From contig JAYZBQ010000042.1 in the NCBI GenBank assembly GCA_036338695.1, forward strand, positions 1 through 64,000: 64,000 nt of DNA, written 5' to 3'. Positions 28,561-36,063 of the stretch are shown piece after piece (within the stretch, counting starts at the first letter, position 1; every line of letters starts with the position of its first letter). The position numbers and the translations under genes are program-made. The DNA is from Myxococcota bacterium. GTDB taxonomy: Bacteria > Myxococcota > UBA4151. The notes under the pieces were generated by a model, which saw nothing but the letters and a program-made list of their open reading frames with translations, was not told where the DNA came from and did no database searches.

Positions 28561-30141
28561 ATGATGACCAACACTTTTCCAAAGACCGACCTAGCAACAC
28601 ACGACGTCACCAACCAAGCCGAGGGCTTCGAAGGGGTCTCGCTCTACGAGAGTGACCCGCGCCTAGCTGCGTGGCTGCGCGGGCGCACTGACGAGGCGCA
28701 GCGAGAGCAGATCGAAGCCTTCGGTCAAACCCTCGGGCGCCATGAGTCCTGGCAGCTCGCAGAGCAAGCCAACCGTTTCCCTCCCGAGTTAGCCACCTTC
28801 GATCGCTCCGGACGCCGGCTCGATGAGGTCCGCTATCACCCGGCCTACCACGAGCTGATGCGGCTGGGCTGCGAAGCGGGCGTTGCGAGCTTGGCTTGGC
28901 GCAGCGGCTCCGGCGGGCATCAAGCGCACGCTGCGCTCGAGTACATGCTCATCCAGGTCGAGCCGGGCGTCTGCTGCCCGCTGACGATGTCCTACGCCGG
29001 CGCGCCGGTCCTGGCTCAATCTCCCGAGCTAGCGGACTTCCACGAGCGACTGATCACCCCGAGCTACGACGCGAGCAGCCGCCCCTGGCAAGACAAACGC
29101 GCCGTCACGCTCGGTATGGCGATGACCGAGAAGCAAGGAGGCAGTGACCTGCGTCAGACGCAAACGCGCGCCGAGCGCTGCGCGGACGGCTACCGATTGA
29201 CCGGGCACAAGTGGTTCTGCTCAGCGCCGATGTCGGACGCCTTTTTGATGCTGGCGCAAACGGCCGAGGGCTTGAGCTGCTTCTGGGTGCCTCGCTGGCA
29301 ACCCGACGGACAGCGCAATGGGATCGAGCTGCAGCGCCTGAAAGATAAGCTCGGCAACCGCGCCAACGCCTCGAGCGAGATCGAGCTTCAGCGAGCCTAT
29401 GGGATCTTGATCGGCGAGCCCGGCCGGGGGATCGCCACCATCCTTGAGATGGTCCATCACACCCGGCTCGACTGCGCCGTGGCGGCAGCCGGCTTGATGC
29501 GCCAAGCCGTCGTGCGAGCGATCCACCACGCACGGCAGCGGCAAGCCTTCGGTAAGGCGCTCATCGAGCACGACCTGATGGCGCGGGTCCTGGCGGCGAT
29601 CGACCTCGAGGCTGAGGCCGCCACGCTGCTGAGCCTGCGCGCCGCAGAGCTCTGCGATGCAGGGCCAAGCCCGCTGGCGCGGCTCGGCGTCGCGATCGCA
29701 AAGTACTGGAACAACAAACGCTGCCCGTTGGTGGTCGCCGAAGCGATGGAGGCGCTCGGAGGCGCTGGCTACATCGAAGCGTCCGTGATGCCTCGGCTGT
29801 ACAAAGAGGCGCCCCTCAACGGCATCTGGGAGGGCTCTGGCAACGTGATCTGCCTGGACATCCTCAGGACCACCCGGCGCCTGCCTGAGGTCGTCGACGC
29901 CCTGCGGAACGAGCTGGGCGCGCAGGGAGAGTCCGTGCTGGAGTGGCTCCCCTCAGCCGAGCCCGCCGACGCCCGGGCGCTGGCGGGCCAGCTGGCGCGC
30001 GCGTGGCAACGCAGCCTGCTCGAGCGCCACAGCGTGCCTGGCGCAGCCCAACACCTGAGCAGCGCAGTCGGCGCTTTTGGAGAGTGCTTCCCTGTGGCGG
30101 GCGCAGGCGCTCGCTTGCGAGCGAGCTTACCGGAGCTCTAG
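28561..30141 (+). CDS. aidB: AidB-like acyl-CoA dehydrogenase family protein
   Basis: THDVTNQ, YHPAYH, CPLTM, GMAMTEKQGGSD, GHKWFCSAPM, KDKLGNRANAS and IWEGSGNV. Confidence 0.85.
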   Translation: MMTNTFPKTDLATHDVTNQAEGFEGVSLYESDPRLAAWLRGRTDEAQREQIEAFGQTLGRHESWQLAEQANRFPPELATFDRSGRRLDEVRYHPAYHELMRLGCEAGVASLAWRSGSGGHQAHAALEYMLIQVEPGVCCPLTMSYAGAPVLAQSPELADFHERLITPSYDASSRPWQDKRAVTLGMAMTEKQGGSDLRQTQTRAERCADGYRLTGHKWFCSAPMSDAFLMLAQTAEGLSCFWVPRWQPDGQRNGIELQRLKDKLGNRANASSEIELQRAYGILIGEPGRGIATILEMVHHTRLDCAVAAAGLMRQAVVRAIHHARQRQAFGKALIEHDLMARVLAAIDLEAEAATLLSLRAAELCDAGPSPLARLGVAIAKYWNNKRCPLVVAEAMEALGGAGYIEASVMPRLYKEAPLNGIWEGSGNVICLDILRTTRRLPEVVDALRNELGAQGESVLEWLPSAEPADARALAGQLARAWQRSLLERHSVPGAAQHLSSAVGAFGECFPVAGAGARLRASLPEL

Positions 30142-30641
30142 ACTTGGGTCTGGAGCGTCTGCTTGACGCCGCTCGTCGCCTTCTCGACGACCTTCGAGGT
30201 CAGCTCGAGCTCCTGGCTGAACTTGTATACACCCGCCTGAACGGCGAGCAGCTCGGTGGGGCTAAACGAGCGCCCCGACGTGGCGAGCTTGATGATCTTA
30301 TCGAGCTTGCCCTGGCCATCCATGACGCCGCCAAAGAGCTTCTCGATGCCGGCTTCACCCGCCTTGCTGGGGGCGTTCACCTTGGCGCCGCGACTCTCGA
30401 TCAAGCTCCGGACCTTGTTCATTCGCGTCGACTCGGTCTTTTGCGCCTGCTGGACGATGTCCATCCCTTGGATTTTATCCGCCTGTTGCGTCGCCTCGGC
30501 ACCGCCGGCCTTGTTGACCATATTGGCGAAATTCGCTTGTCCGGTTCCCTGGGCTTGCTCAGCTTGCGCCGCCTGCTGCTGAATCTGTTGCAGCTGTTGC
30601 AGCATCTGCGAGGGATTTCCGCTTCCAGTGATTCCAGACAT
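30138..30641 (-). CDS. T3SS inner-rod (SctI/HrpB2-like) protein
   Basis: Gln-rich disordered N-terminus and C-terminal SPTELLAVQAGVYKFSQELELTSKVVEKATSGVKQTLQTQV, typical of rod proteins. Strong RBS. Confidence 0.75.
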   Translation of the reverse strand: MSGITGSGNPSQMLQQLQQIQQQAAQAEQAQGTGQANFANMVNKAGGAEATQQADKIQGMDIVQQAQKTESTRMNKVRSLIESRGAKVNAPSKAGEAGIEKLFGGVMDGQGKLDKIIKLATSGRSFSPTELLAVQAGVYKFSQELELTSKVVEKATSGVKQTLQTQV

Positions 30642-30682
30642 CTCCGCCTCCTTCGAGCGACACGACGCGCCGCTACGTAAAC

Positions 30683-30710
30683 CCTTATCGGCTCCCGATT
30701 ACCAAGGTTG
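30683..30710 (-). promoter_or_regulatory. Sigma-28-type promoter upstream of the rod gene
   Basis: Minus strand CAACC-N14-CCGATAAGG, containing a perfect GCCGATAA -10. Confidence 0.65.
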
Positions 30711-31410
30711 TGTCATTTAAACGTTTTTCCAACATCTGCCGCAAGCGACCGATCGCTTGGGCGTGCTTGCGGCTCATCCACGACTTGGAGATCCCCATCT
30801 CTTCGCCGAGCTCTTTGAGCGTACGGTCTTCGAAATAGAACCCAAGGATGATGGTGCGATCCTCCTCCTTCATCTCATCCATCACCTCACGGACGATCCC
30901 CACCATCTGGCGTTTCTCGACCTGGCTGTGGATCTTAGCGCCGCCGTCGTGGCTTGGGTCAAACCCCTCGATGCCCTCGAGCGAGGTCACAAAGACGGTC
31001 ACCAAGTTGGCGATCACGTCGGCGGAGCCTTGCACCTGCTCCTCCAAGGTGCGCTTGTCCTCACCGAGGACCGACGCGTGGCGGTCGGATTCGTACGTGA
31101 GGTAGTCGGACGCGCCGCGCTCGGCGCGCACGTGCGCGTACTCGGCGCGGTTGAGCCAACCGAATTTACGCAAGCCGTCATAGATCGCGCCCTGGATGCG
31201 GTAATACGAGTAGGAGGAAAAGCGCGCCCCTCCCTCGGGGTCGAAGCGCTGCGACGCCTCGACGAGACCGACCATGCCATAAGCGATCAGGTCATCGAGC
31301 TCGAGGTTACGCGGCAGCTTACGGCTGATCTTGTGCGCGATCGCTCGCACGAGGCCTTGATGCTCGTTAACCAGCGCTCGCTGTTCTGCCTCTGTGGTCT
31401 TGGCGCTCAC
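30685..31410 (-). CDS. FliA/WhiG-family RNA polymerase sigma factor
   Basis: DDLIAYGMVGLVEASQRFDP..FSSYSYYRIQGAIYDGLR (region 2) and TLKELGEEMGISKSWMSRKH (region 4). Confidence 0.9.
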   Translation of the reverse strand: MSAKTTEAEQRALVNEHQGLVRAIAHKISRKLPRNLELDDLIAYGMVGLVEASQRFDPEGGARFSSYSYYRIQGAIYDGLRKFGWLNRAEYAHVRAERGASDYLTYESDRHASVLGEDKRTLEEQVQGSADVIANLVTVFVTSLEGIEGFDPSHDGGAKIHSQVEKRQMVGIVREVMDEMKEEDRTIILGFYFEDRTLKELGEEMGISKSWMSRKHAQAIGRLRQMLEKRLNDTTLVIGSR

Positions 31411-31793
31411 TTTTTACCTCGCTCCGCCAAGCGACGAAACTGATCCGCGAGCCGATCCGCCATGCGTGGGTCGTCATCGAGCACGCGCGCAACCTGATCC
31501 TCGATTTTGCGCACGCCCTTACCCTGCAACCCTTTGAAGCGGTCCTTAATCACCGCCTGGACCGCCCGGCGGATCGCTTCGCGACGATCTTCGATACCAC
31601 CGTCGCGCAGCTCCTCAGCGATCTGTTGCCAAGCCTCTGAAAGCGCTGAACGCGCCTCGTCTGGGTCGAGCGCGGTCGTTTTGTCGACCTGCTCGACCTT
31701 GAAGGTCTTGGACGCCTTCCCAGTCTGAGCGGGGCCTTTGACGCCCTTTGGTCCTTTCGGCCCTCGAGGACCGCTACCTCCACCTACTCGCAA
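31407..31793 (-). CDS. Hypothetical protein coupled to the sigma gene
   Basis: 128 aa with a Gly/Pro/Lys-rich N-terminus and helical C-terminus; its stop overlaps the sigma GTG. Confidence 0.7.
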   Translation of the reverse strand: MRVGGGSGPRGPKGPKGVKGPAQTGKASKTFKVEQVDKTTALDPDEARSALSEAWQQIAEELRDGGIEDRREAIRRAVQAVIKDRFKGLQGKGVRKIEDQVARVLDDDPRMADRLADQFRRLAERGKK

Positions 31794-31795
31794 AG

Positions 31796-32212
31796 CTAAT
31801 CCTCCACATCAAAGCAGCCCAACTCTTGGGCTTCTATGAGGTTCGACGCAAACTTCTTGGCGGATCGGTCGGCGCCCGCAATCGAGATGGCGTGGCGACA
31901 GGCTTCGAGCCCCTCGTCGACCTGACCACCCCAGAGCAAGGCTTCGCCGAGATGCGCCCAACAGGCAGCCCGGTCCGGCTCACGCGCCACGGCGTCGCGC
32001 TGGGCTTTCTCGGCGAGAGCGAGCTTCCCCTTGGCGAAATGAAGGTTGCCGAGCAGCATCGGAGGGACGCCGGAGTGCGGCAGCAAATGCCCCACACCAT
32101 CGAAGACGTCGCTGGCCGGCTTGTGCCGACCCATCTGCGCGAGCAGCTGCCCCGCCTCGAGCAGGAGCGCCACCGTCTGCTGTTCGACCTCAACAAGTCC
32201 CTGTATTTTCAT
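31796..32212 (-). CDS. TPR chaperone-like protein (SctG/CdsG-like)
   Basis: 138 aa, LLEAGQLLAQMG..ASDVF..LLP..LGNLHF with three TPR-like units; directly downstream of the needle-like gene. Confidence 0.7.
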   Translation of the reverse strand: MKIQGLVEVEQQTVALLLEAGQLLAQMGRHKPASDVFDGVGHLLPHSGVPPMLLGNLHFAKGKLALAEKAQRDAVAREPDRAACWAHLGEALLWGGQVDEGLEACRHAISIAGADRSAKKFASNLIEAQELGCFDVED

Positions 32213-32238
32213 CGATTGATTCCTCTTCGCCCTGCGCC

Positions 32239-32283
32239 AAAAAAGGCATCGGCGGAGACTTCATAGCCTCCGCCGTGCCTTTT
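32239..32283 (-). terminator. Intrinsic terminator after the needle-like gene
   Basis: AAAAGGCA-(T)CGGCGGAG...CTCCGCCG-TGCCTTTT inverted repeat with a T-run on the minus strand. Confidence 0.75.
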
Positions 32284-32313
32284 GACCATCTACGCGCTGT
32301 GGCTTGTGCCAGC

Positions 32314-32823
32314 CTAGCGGATGTTGTTGATGCTGTTCTTCGTCGTGTCGTGCTTCGTCTTCAGGACGTTCGAGATCGTCGAGAACTGACGGTTCTCACC
32401 CTGCATCTTCTGCTGAAGCGTGAGGTACTGAAGGTTAAAGCTCATCTGCATCTCTTGAAGCTGCTTGGTCTGGTTCATCAGATCCTGCTGGGCGTTCCCC
32501 GTGCTCGCTGGCGCCTGGCCGTTCTGGCTGGTGACGCCAGGACCGGTACCGGGGATGTTCATGGTGCCGCCCTGACCGTAGTCACCGACGCTACCAGCTG
32601 CCGAGTTCGCAGCCCCTGCCATACCCTGCGCTGCTGCGTTCACGACCGCACCACCTGGGACGTAAGGCGCTGCCACCGCCGTCGCACCCGCCATGGCGTT
32701 GGCGCCTGCTGCGACGCCACGGCTAACCATCGACCCGAAGTCGTTACGAGGGGTTTGTCGGTTGACCTGCGGCTGGTTGTTGATTCGAACAGACCCACCG
32801 TTGTTGAGACGATTCACAGACAT
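32314..32823 (-). CDS. T3SS needle/filament (SctF-like) protein with N-terminal extension, 169 aa
   Basis: C-terminus QYLTLQQKMQGENRQFSTISNVLKTKHDTTKNSINNIR matches the needle polymerisation helix pattern. RBS AAGGAG, own promoter motif and terminator. Confidence 0.7.
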   Translation of the reverse strand: MSVNRLNNGGSVRINNQPQVNRQTPRNDFGSMVSRGVAAGANAMAGATAVAAPYVPGGAVVNAAAQGMAGAANSAAGSVGDYGQGGTMNIPGTGPGVTSQNGQAPASTGNAQQDLMNQTKQLQEMQMSFNLQYLTLQQKMQGENRQFSTISNVLKTKHDTTKNSINNIR

Positions 32824-32868
32824 GGCATTCTCCTTCTTACACAGTTCCGGCTCATCGCCGTTCACAGA

Positions 32869-32896
32869 CCTTATCGGTGAGCCTACTCCCCGGTTG
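32869..32896 (-). promoter_or_regulatory. Sigma-28-type promoter upstream of the needle-like gene
   Basis: Minus strand CAACC-N14-CCGATAAGG, the same motif and spacing as at 30683-30710. Confidence 0.65.
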
Positions 32897-33122
32897 CGGC
32901 CTCGTTGCTCATTTTTTCGCGCAATTCGAACAACTCGTCGAAAAGAGCACGCGCCCGGCGAACCGCCAACTGCGCTCTGCGGGCGCCGGCCTTGGCTTTC
33001 GGGTCTCCGGAGCGCATCAGCTCATCGAGCGCGTCCTCCAGCGGCTGAAGTTGGTCATTAATCCCCGCTTCATCGCCCTCAAGGGCAGCCTCGATACGAG
33101 CAAAGATACTGTCGTCAGCCAT
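32883..33122 (-). CDS. Small two-helix protein (possible SctE/YscE-type needle co-chaperone)
   Basis: 79 aa, predicted helical, located immediately upstream of the needle-like gene. Function inferred from position only. Confidence 0.55.
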   Translation of the reverse strand: MADDSIFARIEAALEGDEAGINDQLQPLEDALDELMRSGDPKAKAGARRAQLAVRRARALFDELFELREKMSNEAATGE

Positions 33123-33634
33123 TAAGGTTCTCCCGATTGTTCGGCGATGAGTGGCTCGCGCCCTTCATTACAGTATTCCGCCAAGTTTTCCATCCCGTCA
33201 CCGTCGTTATCGCAGACGCTAAAGTTGATCTCGGCCGGCTCAAGGTTTCCGAGACATCGCCGCGTGGCGAGCGCCGGCTGGATGACGACGTTCTGGCGAG
33301 GTTCCTCCACCGAGGTCAAATCGATCCGGCCGCCTTGCTGGGCGAGCACCAGCAGCGCGCCGTCGATCAGCACAAAGTACTCGAGCACAACGGAGCGCTC
33401 CAACCCGGCGCTGATCTCATCGCACTCACCGAGCACCCGGTCCTGCTCACGATCGATGGACAACGGGCAGGCGAGCGCATGGCCGCTCACCCGCAAGCGC
33501 GCCCCGGCGTTTGAGAGGTCTCGCGCACACTCAAGCTTGAGAAAGTCAGGGACCGAGACGCCCGTGGTCGCCACCGACGGCGCCCCGCCGCAAGCGATCA
33601 TGAGGCCCATGAACACCATCCACCCCGCCCTCAT
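33122..33634 (-). CDS. Hypothetical lipoprotein
   Basis: ATG 33634 gives MRAGWMVFMGLMIAC lipobox; paired Cys and a DNDGDGMENLAE Ca-binding-like motif. Confidence 0.7.
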   Translation of the reverse strand: MRAGWMVFMGLMIACGGAPSVATTGVSVPDFLKLECARDLSNAGARLRVSGHALACPLSIDREQDRVLGECDEISAGLERSVVLEYFVLIDGALLVLAQQGGRIDLTSVEEPRQNVVIQPALATRRCLGNLEPAEINFSVCDNDGDGMENLAEYCNEGREPLIAEQSGEP

Positions 33635-34194
33635 GGCGACGCGCTCGCGCTGACCGGGACCAAGGTGACGCTGCTCACCGGACGCGCTCGAAAGAGGGCG
33701 TAGGACCCCCACGCGACTCCGGTCACGGCGAGGGTGCCCACCGCAGCGGTCAGCCAGCGTCGGGGCGGTCGCCGCTGCCACCAGGGCGTCGCGACGGTTG
33801 GCGGAGGCGCCTGAGTGAGCCCATCCCATGGCCGAAGCGCAGGTAAGACCCCGGTCGGCACGTTCAGCACAAAGGGCACCTCGGCTGAGCCGACACGCGT
33901 CGGGCCGTTGCCGTGCTCATCAAAAACCTCGAAAAAGTAGCGCAGCCCCGCGCGTGCGGGGACCACCGCCTCGAACCAGCCCTTGGCCACCTCATCGGGC
34001 TCGATGGTCTTCCATTCCTCCGTCTCAGTGCGCACGTAGAGTGCCGCTCCGAACAGGGGCGACTCATCACGCACCTCAAACCAGAGCCGCCAATTCCCTT
34101 GAGCGTCCGCCATCGTCGGCGGCTCGTGCACCACACGCGGAGGGTTCAGGTCGGCCGCAGGCGCAGCCCAAAGGATCAGAGCGAGTACCATCAC
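33631..34194 (-). CDS. Exported Ig-like protein with C-terminal TM
   Basis: Signal-like N-terminus, DLNPPRVVHEP..YFFEVFDEHGN Ig-like pattern and a C-terminal hydrophobic helix. Confidence 0.65.
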   Translation of the reverse strand: MMVLALILWAAPAADLNPPRVVHEPPTMADAQGNWRLWFEVRDESPLFGAALYVRTETEEWKTIEPDEVAKGWFEAVVPARAGLRYFFEVFDEHGNGPTRVGSAEVPFVLNVPTGVLPALRPWDGLTQAPPPTVATPWWQRRPPRRWLTAAVGTLAVTGVAWGSYALFRARPVSSVTLVPVSASASP

Positions 34195-34256
34195 AAGCAG
34201 CGCTTACGCCAAAAGGGTGCGTCGTGACTACCGGTCGCACCCGGGCATCACGCCAG

Positions 34257-36038
34257 CTAAGGTCGCTGATGGACAAGCTTGAGACGAAACTCGCCATGGC
34301 TCGGGTGCCGAAACCGCAAGGTCTCGGTGGCGCCGAGGGAGAGGCTCAGACTCCGCTCCGGTGGGGTTCGCCCCAGCGCAGGCCCTGACTTTCGATAGAC
34401 GATCGCCCAAGGCGCCGCGCGCACCACGAGCTGCATCTGCTGGGCGATGCGGCGCCAGCGCACGGTCACGCGAAACGCGCCCGCACGCGCCGTGAACGTC
34501 CCGCTTTTTTGACGACGCGCTTCGACGCTCAACCCGCTCACCGTCAACGAGGTGCTGCTCGCCACGAGGAAAGAGGTCTTTGCGCGCGTAGGCTGAGTAG
34601 GTCGTACCCGCGCCTGAGGAGCAGGCGGAGGAGGCGCTTTCGCTCCGGCGTCTACTGTCGGCGGCGCAGCCTGAGCGGTTGCGCCGGCGTCCGGCGATGG
34701 GACCGGAACCGATGCTTGGCTGGCCCCCTCATCCGGTGCGGGCGCGATGCTTTGCGGCGGTGAGTTCTCAGGCTGCCGGAGCCCCCACAGAAGGACGGCT
34801 GCGGCGATCACCATCACGACCACCCACAGTCTTCGCGACTGCACCACCGCGGCGCGCACAAAGAGACTCGTCGTCAAACCGCTCGGCTCAGGCGACCGGC
34901 TGGGGGTGGCGCGTGCGACCTCGGGCTGCGGAGCGTCCTGCGGGTCTGCGCGCTCGCTTTCCTCGCTCTCGTCACTCCCCTCACGCCAAAAATCGGTCCA
35001 CCCGTCAGGCTTCTCCATACCAGCCGGCAAGGTCGGTAAACTCTCAACAGGAGGATGGGTCAGCCGATCGAGTCGCTTGAGCTCGCCCGGGTCCGCCTCG
35101 GCGAGCACCTGGGTGATGTAGTCTTGCTCCTCGGCAAAGAGCGAGCGCATCAGCTCAGCGATGGAGTCGGCTCGCGGCAACTCCTTGGCGACCCGCCGCA
35201 GCGCATGGGCGAGTTCATCCCCGTCATGATACCGCGCCGCGTTGCTCTTGGCCATGGCTCGCTGCAGGACCGGCTCAAGCGCAAACAAGACAGGGTCGAT
35301 CATCGGCGGTAACTCGTCACTCTGGATCGCAGCGAGCGTGCGCGCCAGCGACCCTCGATCAAAGGGGTGACGCCCAAGCAGGGTCTCGTACAAAACAATC
35401 CCGAGCGAGAAGAGATCCGTCGAGCCGTCGACCGGTTTACCCTCGCTCTGCTCGGGCGACATGTAGAGAAACTTCCCCTTGAGCAGCCCGGTCTCCGTTT
35501 TGCCGTGGTGGAGCTCGCTTTTGGCGATACCGAGGTCGATAATCTTTACCTCGCCCGCCCACGAGACGAGCAGGTTGGCCGGGTTGATGTCGCGATGAAC
35601 CAGATTGAGCGGCTCACCGCCGTGGTCGGTGGCTCGGTGCGCATAGGCGAGCCCCTCGGCGGCTTGCGCAATGAGCTCGCAGGCGATCGCAGGGGGCAAA
35701 GGGCGGCCTTGCGCCTCACAACGCTGCAGCAAGACCTTAAGATCGACCCCGCTGACAAACTCCATCTCCAGATAGAACTCATCACCGATCCGTCCGGCGT
35801 CGTGAACCTGGACGATGCGATCGTGATGGAGCCGAGACGCCAGCCGCGCCTCGGCAAAAAACATCTCTAAGAAGTCGGCTCGATCCGCCAGGTGGCTGAG
35901 CATGCGCTTGACGACGACATGACGACTAAAACCTTCGGCGCCCTCTTTGCGGGCAAGAAAGACCTCACCCATACCGCCTTGAGCGATTTTATGCAGGAGC
36001 AGGTACGGTCCGAACCGATCCCCAACGCGTGCGGGCAC
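34257..36038 (-). CDS. Membrane-bound Hanks-type Ser/Thr protein kinase
   Basis: IAQGGMGEV, VVKR, HRDINPAN, DLGIAK, GKFLYMSPEQ and DLFSLG; TM followed by a Pro-rich periplasmic region. Confidence 0.95.
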   Translation of the reverse strand: MPARVGDRFGPYLLLHKIAQGGMGEVFLARKEGAEGFSRHVVVKRMLSHLADRADFLEMFFAEARLASRLHHDRIVQVHDAGRIGDEFYLEMEFVSGVDLKVLLQRCEAQGRPLPPAIACELIAQAAEGLAYAHRATDHGGEPLNLVHRDINPANLLVSWAGEVKIIDLGIAKSELHHGKTETGLLKGKFLYMSPEQSEGKPVDGSTDLFSLGIVLYETLLGRHPFDRGSLARTLAAIQSDELPPMIDPVLFALEPVLQRAMAKSNAARYHDGDELAHALRRVAKELPRADSIAELMRSLFAEEQDYITQVLAEADPGELKRLDRLTHPPVESLPTLPAGMEKPDGWTDFWREGSDESEESERADPQDAPQPEVARATPSRSPEPSGLTTSLFVRAAVVQSRRLWVVVMVIAAAVLLWGLRQPENSPPQSIAPAPDEGASQASVPVPSPDAGATAQAAPPTVDAGAKAPPPPAPQARVRPTQPTRAKTSFLVASSTSLTVSGLSVEARRQKSGTFTARAGAFRVTVRWRRIAQQMQLVVRAAPWAIVYRKSGPALGRTPPERSLSLSLGATETLRFRHPSHGEFRLKLVHQRP

Positions 36039-36063
36039 TCAGCGGTCCCCCATCACCGGCTGA

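Noticed and set aside
30138..32823. Flagellar gene cluster (because of the FliA-like sigma)
   Set aside because: No flagellin, hook or flagellar rod motifs; the neighbours fit injectisome needle, rod and chaperone patterns better.
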